A stretch of 63,313 bases of DNA, counting the filler, from Octopus bimaculoides (taxonomy: Eukaryota), in assembly GCF_001194135.2 (NCBI RefSeq). It is 3 parts of 3 records of this genome, joined end to end, with 100 filler letters (N's around TTAATTAATTAA, not from the genome) between each part and the next. Parts side by side here need not be neighbours in the genome. Positions count along the whole stretch, not along the records: positions 28,707 to 57,305 come from NC_068985.1; positions 57,406 to 63,313 come from NC_069003.1; 1 more part is not named here. One strand, 5' to 3'. Both the position numbers and the translations under genes were made by a program. This document shows, in pieces, positions 52,316-63,313 of this stretch; position 1 is the stretch's first letter; every line of letters starts with the position of its first letter. Under the pieces are notes generated by a model. It was not told where the DNA came from, ran no database searches, and saw only the letters and a list, made by a program, of their open reading frames with translations.

Positions 52316-53487
52316 ATTTTGTATGATGATCTACCGACTTTGCTCTCCATAACATTTACTTATCATGATACAAGACAGGTTATTTTCACAGAGGATACAA
52401 ATGTTGAAGCTGAATCCTGTTCATGACTGGCATTTTGTTTTATAAATCCCAGAATGATAGAAGTCCAAGTTGACTTCGGCAGAGTTTAAACTCAGAACAT
52501 AAATGACCATAGCTATTCTGTCTTATTTTACTCTTTTTACATTTACTACATTTCACGGAAGAACTTAAATATTGTAGATGTGAGAAAATAAATATTGAAA
52601 ATCAAATCTTGAAATATATTTTTTCCTGTTCTATATTTAAGAGACGAGGAATTATGTGCATTATTTACATTATTTACATTATTTACATTTGACGATATTT
52701 GTCCTCATCTAGTTTGTTGTATTAATGGACGTATGAATAACACGCATCAAGTAAGGATTCAGGATATCCGTATACCGCAAGCCGGCCTTCACTGGACGAT
52801 ATCTTAATTTCAGTTCCCACCATCCATACAGTGTAAAGAGAGGGATTGCTCAATGCCTAAAATATCGAGCAAATAATATAAGTACCGATCGTGATACACA
52901 CCACGAAGAAATGATCGAGCTCAATAATAACTACTCTAAAAACATACTATCCACTCCAATTATGAAGAAAAGAGAGGATAAAACCGATAAACTGTCCACA
53001 GTCTGTCTACCCTATGTGAAAGTCCTCTCCGAAAAGATACAAAAGATATGCGGCCCATATGACATCAGGACAGTTTTCAGGAATAATAAAACACTTCGCA
53101 AATATCCCCTTCAAGTAAAACCACCAATAGAAGAAAATATGACCAAAAACTGCGTGTGCTCCATCCCATGCAGCAGTAGTAGTTTATACAAAGGCGAAAC
53201 ATAAGAGTAGACTAACATCGCAAAGCTGTGACACGAGGGTATAGCTGATCGGGTATAGCTGATCATGTATGGAAAAATGGAGACCACCTCCCTCTGTCGG
53301 ATGAAGTTAAAATAATAGACAGAGAACACTACTGGAAAATACGAAAACTAACAGAAGCAGCACATATGCTAGGACACAACAATCTCCTAAGTAGACCAAG
53401 TGCAGATATGAGTAGCATATGGGAACCGGTATTAAGGAAGGATTGGAAAGATTCATACGCCCTAAAATTCGCTCCATAATTGCCAAC

Positions 53488-53557
53488 GGGCATATGACGT
53501 AGTAGTTAAGAGCGCGGTTACTAACCCCAAATTTCCGAGTTCGATTCCAGGCAGTGA

Positions 53558-53559
<2 letters not shown>
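53488..53559 (+). pseudogene. tRNA-like (Pol III) head, SINE-type, not a functional tRNA
   Basis: Degenerate A box tgacgtagtagtt and B box gagttcgattcc (53537-53548); poor acceptor stem. Confidence 0.65.
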
Positions 53560-53591
<32 letters not shown>

Positions 53592-53670
53592 CATAATAAT
53601 AACAATAATAATAATAATAACATCGAAAAATACATTAAGAATGAGAACCCAGATTCGAAATTTCCCACAA

Positions 53671-53716
53671 GACACCTGAATAAGGCTGGAGGGTATATCA
53701 ACCGAAACGTTGTGTT
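53671..53716 (+). ncRNA. Degenerate minimal type I hammerhead ribozyme (Penelope type)
   Basis: Stem I gacac/gtgtt; core CTGAATA (CUGANGA with G8>U); stem II ggctgg/tcaacc (one mismatch); GAAA; palindromic ACGT stem III; predicted GUU cleavage after 53711. Confidence 0.6.
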
Positions 53717-54295
53717 AACAACAAAAAAGATGAGGATAAATATCCGTCAAATGTAAATAATGTATATTTTCCCTTTCCATTAATTTTAATCGGCAGAAAA
53801 TTACGAAAGTGACTTATAGAGGCGAGAACTCGAGAGTTTTTTCCATTATATGCACGAAACTTTCAGCACTTGGTTCACTTTGTATCCTTCTGCTGATTAA
53901 AAATAATACAGACAGACAGACAGACACATACATACACACACACACACGCGCGCACGCACGCACGCACACACACACACACACGCGCGCGCGCACGCACGCA
54001 CGCACACACACACACACACACACACATAATGTATATATTCTTGTATTAAATTCTATTTAACCAGCTGCTTTCAGCAAAGCTGAAATATCTTCCCTAAATT
54101 TACAAATTAGGAATCATGTTAAGCTTAACGGATAATACTTAATAAGACTCTGAGCAAAAGGTGCTGTGGTTAATATTTCGCACCTTNNNNNNNNNNNNNN
54201 NNNNNNNNNNNNNNNNNNNNNNNNNNNNNNNNNNNNNNNNNNNNNNNNNNNNNNNNNNNNNNNNNNNNNNNNNNNNNNNNNNNNNNNNNNNNAGC

Positions 54296-54609
54296 CTGCA
54301 TGTGAAATTAACGTGCAAGTGGCTGAGCAATCCACAGACACGTGTACCCTTAACGTAGTTCTCGGGGATATTCAGCGTGGCACAGTGTGACAAGGCTGAC
54401 CCTTTGAAATACAGGCACAACAGAAACAGAAAGTAAGAAAGTTGTGGTGAAAGAGTACAGCAGTGTTCGCCATCATCCCCTGCCGGAGCCTCGTAGAGCT
54501 TTAGGTGCTTTCGCTCAATAAACACTCACAACGCCTAGTCTGGGAATCGAAACCGCGATCCTATGACCGCGAGTCCGCTGCCCCAACCACTGGGCCATTG
54601 CGCCTCCAC
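54296..54609 (-). mobile_element. Family-C SINE (3' part in gap)
   Basis: Reverse complement gtggaggcgcaatggcccagtggttggggcagcggactcgcggtcataggatcgcggtttcgattcccag... Confidence 0.85.
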
Positions 54610-56050
54610 TTTGGATTAAGGTATGTTACTGTGAAATGTAGTCAGCAATCAGTAACCTATAGTTTATGAATGTTTAACTACATTTTGTCATTGACTTTTC
54701 TTTGTGCGGATATAAATGGGATGTGGATGGCTTTCACGAAGGTAAATCTCTCTGGTTTGATTATAAAAAGTTGAAAATGAAAACTCCAATGGATTTTGAA
54801 GGTGTCCAATTAACACAAACGTTAGAAAACTGGATAGACTGCCTTACTACAATCATTCTGGCTTTTTATACTGAGTTCAAATCCCACTGATGTCAATTTT
54901 ACCTTTCATTCTTTCAGAACCGATAGAAAATGGACAAGACCTTTCCTGGAATTGATTCGTCTCTTACTCGTTCTTTCTATATGTCTATCTTTTCATTCTT
55001 TGGGAAGAAATCGACTGTGGTCAGACCTAGTGAGAGATGCTCTCCTACAGTTCTGAAAATGCTCACGACATGCCGTATGTTACAATCGCGTCCCTACGAT
55101 GCCACCAAGGAGTTGAATTCCCAAAGTATGGCAGTCAAGCAAGGCAAAATACAACCGAGTAAGACTTTTAAATTTTATGCCATTTAATCGATGCCTCTAG
55201 AATTTTAGATAGGAAATATATGATGTCTCTTCAGCCGAAGTAATTTCAAGTGAATCTTTTAGAATCTAGTAGAATTTTAAAATCCAAACAAACAGTTGTA
55301 CTTTAGTTTAAATTTCTCAGCAGATAGAAGAGAATTTTTATGAAATATTTTATTTACTCTATCGAGTCATTATCCACATAGACAACATACATTATGACAA
55401 CACACTATAATAACAACCAGAGCTTTTCCAATTAGTGTTTAATGAAAAGCGAAATCGATAAGAACATGCTGAACAATGAAGTTTGAATTTTACTTCCAGC
55501 AAATTTTTAAAATCTGTAAAAGTGGGGTACTTGATATTTAAATAAACATAATTTTTTTTTTTTTGTCAAACATAATATTTTCCAAGCGACGTAAACAACT
55601 ATGGAATATTAAGATAAATAACAAAGATAAAAAAAAGCATACATTTTACTTTACAAAATTAAAAGAAAATACATGGCGAAAAATACGTTTTTTGTAATGT
55701 TTTTACGAAAGTTATGTGTTTTAACATCGGATTTGTATTTTAAGAAATTCGTTATTCAAAAACATTGATCTAGACATTTCGTTCTCTCTAAACAAGTTTA
55801 GATTCTGACAGAAATAAACGTTATAAAAAATGGCGTTCGTTTAACAACGCCAAAAGCTAAATTGAATTTAATTGACGGTGAAAAATTTTACAAAACTAAA
55901 GTAAAATTAAAAAGAAGTAGCGTGAGGAAAGACGTTCACTGCCATTATCAGCATTAACAATCATCATTTTCACCACCAACAACACATTCCCAGTACAACA
56001 TGCGTAAAATACACGAAAATAACTATATATAGCAACTACATCATCATCAA

Positions 56051-56119
<69 letters not shown>

Positions 56120-56365
56120 CTTCGCTGCTGCTGCTGCCGCTACAGTAACGACTATAATAATGTATTCTTGTAGATGCAGAAATTCTTAGTATGATAATGC
56201 GAAAGAACTAGAAAATTGTGATGTTAATGTATTTCACTGGAACTTCAGGAAAGCATGAGAGGCAACTCCAGTTGAAATGTATGGCCACACTAGGGCGCCT
56301 TGTCAAAATAAAGACAACGTGCATTAATAAGTAGGACACTACTACTACTACTACTACTACTACAA

Positions 56366-56453
<88 letters not shown>

Positions 56454-56544
56454 CGTCGTCGTCGTCGTCGTAGTAGTAGTAGTAGTAGTAGCAACAACAA
56501 TAATAACAACAACAATAATAGTTATAATGATAATCCTTGCTACT

Positions 56545-57203
56545 ATAGACATAAGACCTGGAATTTCGGGGGAAGGAGTTTAGTCAATTACATTGACTCT
56601 ATTGGTCAACTCGTACTTACTTTATCGACCCCGAAATTATGGAAAGCAAAGTCAACCTCGATGAAATTTGAACTCAGAACGTGAAAACAGGCCAAATGCT
56701 GCTAAATATTTTGCCCTGCATGCCAACGATTCTGCCTGCTCGTCTCTTTATTTTAATTATAATAATAATCCTTTTTACCAAAGGCAAAAACCTGAAATTT
56801 TTTGTGGGGAGGGGACTTGTCGATTACATCGACCCCAGTACTTGACTGGTACTTAATTTATCGATCCAAAAAGGATGAAAGGCAAAGTTGGACGCGGCGG
56901 AATTTGAACACAGAACGTAGCGATGTGCGAAATACTGCTAAACATTTCGTCAAGCGTCCTAATCATTCTGCCAGCTCGCCACCTTAATAATGCTTTCTAC
57001 AATAGGCACAACGCCTGAAATTGTGTGGGAGGGGGCTAGTAGATTACATCGATCCCAGTGCTTAACTGGTACTTAATTTATCGATTCTGGAAGGATGAAA
57101 AGCAAAGTAGACGTCGGCGGAATTTGAACTCAGAACGTAGCGACAGACGAAATACCTCTAAGCATTCGCCCGGCGTGCTAATGATTCTGCCAGCTCGCCG
57201 CCT

Positions 57204-57205
<2 letters not shown>
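56545..57205 (-). mobile_element. Head-to-tail array of 3 family-A SINEs
   Basis: Units at about 56545-56740, 56770-56985 and 56995-57203, between (TAG/TAC)n and (AAT)n tracts. Confidence 0.82.
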
Positions 57206-57256
<51 letters not shown>

Positions 57257-57349
57257 ATAATAATAATAATAATCATAATAATAATCATAATAATAATAAT
57301 AATAANNNNNNNNNNNNNNNNNNNNNNNNNNNNNNNNNNNNNNNNNNNN

Positions 57350-57361
57350 TTAATTAATTAA
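57350..57361. other. Artificial six-frame-stop scaffold linker in a 100-nt gap
   Basis: TTAATTAATTAA flanked by 44 N on each side. Confidence 0.9.
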
Positions 57362-59159
57362 NNNNNNNNNNNNNNNNNNNNNNNNNNNNNNNNNNNNNNN
57401 NNNNNGCTGCGATATCATAATCGCCGCGCCGTCACTGCCACCGCCGCTTCCGACACCGCCCCTCCAACCACCACCTCTACAGTAAAACATCGATGCCAAG
57501 AAGTCACCTCTGTGACAGTCAGAAGACTATCTACGCCAAGACCTGCTAATTGTTTTCCCGCGCTGGTCATATTCTAACCGCCGACTAAAAGTCAGTCTTA
57601 CTCAGTTTATAGTCCATTGTTTATGATATAAGCAGCCATATTTGTGTGGTTAAAATGTTGGATTTATGACCATGCTGTTTTGGGGGTCGATCCCACTGTG
57701 TGTGTCTTTGTGCCTGTGTTTGTCTCACATCACTACTTGACAAAAGATATTGGTGTCTTTACGTCCCAATAACGGCAAAAGTGATCGGCAAAAGAGATCG
57801 ATAGAGTAAGTATTGGCTTATAAAGAAAATTAAGTCCTGCGGTGGAGGTGGCGTCAATTTGTCAGTTTGTTGGATTTGGGGTATCTGAGACAAATATCTT
57901 CTATCGTAGTCTCAAGTCAACCATAGTCTTGCCAAGAAAATTGTATGGAAGCCTGTCGGAGCAACCATTCCTGTTCACGGGAGACTTAAACTGTCGCCTG
58001 GTTTAACGTATCAATTAACGAGTCACTCGTAATCGCAAAGAAAGAAAATGTAAAAGTAAAGAATTGATATTACTTTAAGCAAGGAATAAAGTAACGAACT
58101 AGTTCTATATTTATGGAGTCGAATTTTAAAAACGGAGTATAGCACGAATAGCCAATTCATGGATAAAATACAAAACCAGCAAGTTCAATGTGGAAACGAT
58201 AAAACAAATAAATACCAGGCGCAGATATAGTAGTGGAGGATTAAAAAAAAATTAAATTAATTCTGAGAAATTTTGACACGGAAAGATTATTATTATATGA
58301 AAACAAGAAGAAAAGCTTTTTCTTATCTAGATGGAATATTTCTTGGAATCGAGGGAACCAGTTTACACGAATGAGCAACATTTATTTACTGAAAGACAAT
58401 TTCAATGTGCGCCGACCGTAATCTGGTTCCATGAATGAGCGAAATTATCATAGAAGACCTGAAGAAACTGCTGCAGAAAGGATAACACAACAGGCAGGAA
58501 GTAAAGGGAGGAAATCGTTGAAGCTCTATGCTCCGTAGAGAACGAAGGGCTGAAGTAAGTAAATGTAATGGTAGTCTCACATTTGGGGACTATCTACAAC
58601 TTACGAGTACAAGAGTAAAGCAGTGAAGGATGCCTGTAAACTATCAATTTCAATGTGAGTTAAATATATCATATCCAAACAATTATAAGTTAAGCTTGAT
58701 TGTGGCGAGTCCGTCCTGTAAAACACAAGAGGCTCAATAACTTTTTGGATATTCTTTTGCAATTGATTCTGAAACACAAACCGAGTTTCTTGAGAGGAAA
58801 TAATCATGTTTGAACATATCTCAAAATATATCAACATAGACACTCTTATTGCCTCATTTCACGTCGTGTTCATAAGCTACAATTCCACATATTTATAGAT
58901 CGGAGATCATCCAATTCTGACTTGAAGAATTTTATTTATTCTACGATTCCGCATGACTCAATTAGAGGCTTCTGAAAAATAAATTCTAACGGATTATCTG
59001 AACGAAGAAAGAAAAACTTCATCTTATAAAATAATTATTGCAATTTCAGTGGCCATATTCAAAGATATGAACCCGCAATAGGAGCGACATTTGTCCCAAC
59101 CTACACTAATTGACTCATGGCGTACTAAGAAGCAAGATCCGAAACTAGAGAGGGTACTC

Positions 59160-59218
<59 letters not shown>

Positions 59219-59857
59219 ACACACAGACACACACACAGAAAATAATAATTAAAAGTAAAAGACAAAATGATTACAGAAATTAGTTGCCAGTACCGAATAA
59301 ATCGCGAAAAAACCTCCAGCAGTCAAAAAGTGAAAATCTTATTGAAGAGATAGCTTATGAATATATCTTAGAAATATTTACTATGAAAAATTTCATAACT
59401 TGAACATAAAAAAACGGGTAACCAAGATGAATTTTGAAGAAAAAGAATGACGTTTAATCGACAACAAATACGAGATACCTGTACTAAACAAATATCTGTT
59501 AGTGAACATTTGGTGTTATGTACAGCAAATAAATTTCCGAAATATCAACTTTCTCTATTGTACAAATGTACTGATGATAGTATCAATCAAATTTCAGATA
59601 AATAATGCGTATTTATTTAGAGATACAAATACAGTTTAAGTAGCTGTGTCTATCATTTAGATAACAACATGATAAAAGAAGAAAAATGCAGAAATAATTT
59701 TTTTCTATATTTACTCAGCACACAGACGAAGCAGAGAACAAACAATCTAACAAAGATCACATGTCTAAAACAATGAATCAATATTCTCAAGCAGCTGCTT
59801 TAAAAGTGTTTTGCTGTTGTTTCATTTGCAACTTTCTTTATATAAAGCCAGTTATTA

Positions 59858-59895
<38 letters not shown>

Positions 59896-60118
59896 GCAAT
59901 TATTTCACAAAAGTAACAAAGTTAATCATAACTTGCTTTACCCCCGTGATTACACCAACGTTGTAAAACCAAATGGGATAATGCAAATTATATAAATTAT
60001 GTAAATTATTAAATTAAACGATCAGAAGTACATTTTCCACTTATTCTTATACACACAAATACATACATATGGAAATCCCTGAATGTATATGTATATAGCA
60101 TAATATATATGTATATAG

Positions 60119-60158
<40 letters not shown>

Positions 60159-60188
60159 GAAAGTGTAAAAAGGGAAAGCAATACTTAC

Positions 60189-60429
60189 TTTTATTTGGTA
60201 GAGGTGTGAGCCTGACGTGAGGTTGGTATAGGTCCGAAGAGCAAACTTGACAGCAGCCGCAGTGGTCCTTGACCACCTCACCCGTACAGAACTGTAACTG
60301 GGGACAGTTTTTGCACTTCAATTCACACCCCCTGGACAGCAACTGACCAGCATCTGTCGTTTGAATACAACCGAGAAGTAGCAGGAGTAGCAACTGAAGG
60401 ACAGTTGACAGTGTAACTAAGGAAAACAT
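60189..60429 (-). CDS. First coding exon of a secreted cysteine-rich protein: signal peptide + IGFBP N-terminal (IB)-like domain (IGFBP-rP/CRIM1/HTRA/CCN-type module)
   Basis: ATG at 60429 (context aggATGt) gives MFSLVTLSTVLQLLLLLLLGCIQTTDA|GQLLSRGCELKCKNCPQLQFCTGEVVKDHCGCCQVCSSDLYQPHVRLTPLPNK+a. It has a hydrophobic leader with a T-x-A cleavage pattern and spacing C-x3-C-x2-C-x5-C-x8-CGCCxxC, the hallmark of IB domains. The exon ends at a canonical GTAAGT donor (60188-60183), phase 1. An in-frame upstream ATG exists at 60507. Confidence 0.82.
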
Positions 60430-61499
60430 CCTGGAGGATTTCAGCCGTTGTGGTCCGTAATGTGTACTCGCTGCTAGGAGAACCGAGTGTCCAGTGAAAT
60501 ACTCCATAAGGAATCGTGTATTGTGTTGCTTCTTTTAGCACATCAAGGGAGATGCAGTATAGTTGGTCTGCTTTATCTTCCTACATGTATTTGAATTTGC
60601 TATATATAGATATATCTATATATCTATATAAGAGCATTCAATACACATGTATGGAATATAGTGAAAGAGAAACGAAAGGATATCTACTAAGGTTGTTATG
60701 TAGATATTGATTGATAGTTTTGTTAAGTAGATAAATAAATAGACAGATAGACAAACAGACGATGAACAATACTTGGTAGCAGCTTTTGTTGCGATTGAAT
60801 CCTGGACTTTTGTTCTTTTGTGGTTTGGTTCCGACCGGAATTTGGTCAGTCTTAATGATGGCAATGATACATAAAAGAGTTAGACTTCTTTATTTGCGGG
60901 CTCGGTTGCTGTGGGTCAGTTGCAGGTCAGTTGCGAAGAGAGCGAGGATTGTCTAGCGTTGGGTGTAAAGATGAATTAGTTGTCCAATGTGAAGTGAATG
61001 TCTTTCTTGTCTGGTTTTTCATTGGTCAGGAGGAAGCAGGGAAAACTGGTTGTCTTTATATTTGTGATGACGTAAATCTGTAATATAGAATGAAGGGAAA
61101 ATAATATATAATAGAAGATAGTTTAAATGATTGTTAGAAAGGAAGGAGGAGGAGGAGGGCATGTTGTGGAGGAGAAGGAGGAGGAGAGGGTTTAGAGGGG
61201 AAGGAAGAGAGGATGTTGCGGAGGGGTGGGTGGGGGNNNNNNNNNNNNNNNNNNNNNNNNNNNNNNNNNNNNNNNNNNNNNNNNNNNNNNNNNNNNNNNN
61301 NNNNNNNNNNNNNNNNNNNNNNNNNNNNNNNNNNNNNNNNNNNNNNNNNNNNNNNNNNNNNNNNNNNNNGAGAACAGGAAAGAGGAAGAAAATGAGGAGA
61401 GGAGGAGAAAATGGTGGAGGAAGGAAGATTAGGAAGAAGCGTAAGAAGGGAGTGGGGAAGGGGTGATTAGAAAGAGGAAGAGAGAAAGTGAAAGTGGGA

Positions 61500-61725
61500 G
61501 GAGAAGGAGGAGGAGGAGAAGGAGGATAAGATGAGGAAGAAGAAGAGGCAGGAGGAGGGGAGAAGAAGAAGAAGAAGAAGAAGAAGAAGAAGAAGAAGAA
61601 GAAGAAGAAGAAAAAGAAGAAGAAGAAGAAGAAGAAAAAGGAGGAGGAGAAGTAGAAAAAGCAGAGGAAGAAGGAGCAGAAGAAGGAAGAGAAGAAGAAG
61701 AAAAGGAAGAAGAAGAAGTTAAGAG
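61500..61725. repeat. (GGA)n/(GAA)n purine tract
   Basis: Directly visible. Confidence 0.93.
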
Positions 61726-62011
61726 AATAAAGAAAAAAATCATAGGCAAGAAGGAACGAACAAAACCGTTAATGTCGTTTATGTTGTTTCCTTTTCTGTT
61801 CCATGACTTAGCCGTTTGATAAATAGGAAATGATAAAATTCTGGCATCAATAAAATCGGTTAAAACACTAGAAAGCTGTGTCCAGCATGGCCGTTGCAAA
61901 TTGCTCAAATAAGTAAAAGAATAAATGCACGCGCGCGTGAGCACGGAGTGTATGTGCACGTGCTATGTATGTATATACGTACATAAATACATGGATACCT
62001 ACATGCATGCA

Positions 62012-62044
<33 letters not shown>

Positions 62045-62049
<5 letters not shown>

Positions 62050-62287
62050 CATGTTATTTCTTTATTGCCCACAAGGAGCTAAACATAGAGGGGACAAACA
62101 AGGACAGACAAAGGGATTAAGTCGATTACATCGACCCAAGTGTGTAACTAGTACTTAATTTATCGACCCCGAAAGGATAAAAGGCGAAGTCGGCCGCGAC
62201 GGAATTTGAACTCAGAACGTAACAGCAGACGAAATACCGCTAAGATTTTCGCTCAGCGTGCTAACGATTCTGCCAGCTCGCCGTCTT
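62045..62287 (-). mobile_element. Family-A SINE
   Basis: Reverse complement agacggcgagctggcagaatcgttagcacgctgagcgaaaatcttagcggtatttcg... Confidence 0.85.
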
Positions 62288-63126
62288 ATATATATACATG
62301 TATATACAAGAGCGCACACACGCATGCAAACACATATTTGTATACACCTCTTACCAATACGTGAATCACTCATCGTCTTCCTCTCAGAGATACAAATCTC
62401 TCAGGCCCTTTATCCATGGCCCGACTTTGTTGTCTCGGCTACATTCTTTCCTCAAATTTGTCTTTGAAAAGTTGAGTCAGACCACATCCAGATACCACTT
62501 TCCCTGCCGCTCCTCTCAGTTTCTCTCTCTCTCTCTCTCACCTCGATATCAGTAACAAAAGCTTCCAGTTATTTAGGTCCCAAATCTCCCACACCCCTCT
62601 AAATACGTCTGGTTTCTCTACAGTACAACGATCTCCTTGAATTGACAGCAGCTTTTTCGACCATATCATTTCCTATATCGAGTATATTTCACTACACACC
62701 TTTCTGAAGTCATCGTCCTCAGAGACGTCGACGCTCCCAAGTTTCTTTTCTTTACTGTTACATTCATACGATTTTGATGTCGCCGGTGCAGAATCCAAAT
62801 ACCGAACACGGAATCTCGAATACCGAAGACCAAATACCGAATCTTTGACGGTTTTCTACTCACTACATCAATTAGTTTCGTTTTATACTCGCATCCTTGA
62901 CTGACACACCAAACACCCATGCTCTCTTTTTCATCTCCAGACCAAGCCCAGTCAGACCAAAACTATCTCTATACTCATCGGGTTGTCTAAACATGTCTTT
63001 ATTGCAACAGTCCGTCACAAATCTGCAAACTAATAAGCGTTACATTCTACACCCCCGCTCCAATCTTGTGGCGTTTCAAGCCAACTAGCTGGTCGAATCT
63101 CCGTCGGTTTTATTATTTAAGCTTAC

Positions 63127-63313
63127 GTCGATTCCTCCGTGGTGTTGTTTTGTATCTATAATAAAATAAATATATACAAATTATAAAAATAATTAAAAAA
63201 AATACAGTACAGTACTGTCTCTACTTCACGGATTTTCAGCTATCGCGAGGGGTGGGGTGTGGATTTGTAACATAGCATTTGCGGTAGTTGAGGATTACTG
63301 TATACTTGTTTCA
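63127..63313 (-). other. Candidate 5' non-coding exon of the IB-domain gene (either 63127-63155 as a 29-nt internal exon or extending to the window end)
   Basis: Donor ac|GTAAGC at 63126. A T-rich acceptor (tatttattttattatAG) sits at 63157-63156, with no ATG in the 29-nt piece. Surrounding 62.6-63.3 kb is unique and relatively CpG-rich. Confidence 0.3.

Larger units (their letters stand above)
52625..53775 (+). mobile_element. 5'-truncated Penelope-like element with inverted partial terminal repeat
   Basis: VYRKPAFTGRYLNFSSHHPYSVKRGI; VCLPYVKVLSEKIQKI..YDIRTVFRNNKTL; NCVCSIPC..LYKGET; IADHVWKNGDH..EVKIIDRE..WKIRKLTEA (GIY-YIG). 52674-52720 is an inverted copy of 53718-53764. Confidence 0.85.

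Noticed and set aside
58597-58843. Minus-strand ORF ending near a GTAAGT donor
   Set aside because: Open frame is not phase-compatible with the upstream exon and resembles no known protein.

Overview
Repeat-dense, gap-ridden eukaryotic genomic DNA (AT-rich, many N gaps). The SINE families, microsatellite load and retroelement types resemble an octopus/cephalopod draft assembly; this is inferred from recognition, not a search. Nearly all ORFs in the supplied track are microsatellite or N-gap artefacts. The only convincing host-gene signal is on the minus strand at 60189-60429: a signal peptide followed by an 8-cysteine IGFBP N-terminal (IB)-like module (DHCGCCQVC), ending at a canonical phase-1 GTAAGT donor. 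A phase-compatible 81-nt exon candidate lies about 18 kb downstream (42314-42394), with weaker candidates for an 18-nt microexon (33081-33098) and a 5'UTR exon (near 63127). Most of the window would then be intron, and further exons probably lie in gaps or beyond position 1. The remainder is four tRNA-derived SINE families (one in head-to-tail arrays), R4/Dong-type RLE LINE remnants, an RTE LINE, two Penelope-like elements, an internally deleted mariner, a MITE, a hAT end, a Helitron-like element and many micro/minisatellites. The most unusual structure is a Penelope-like element at 52.6-53.8 kb: inverted partial terminal repeat, RT/GIY-YIG remnant, tRNA-like Pol III head, (TAA)n, then a degenerate minimal hammerhead ribozyme. 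No CRISPR, rRNA or intact tRNA gene is supported.
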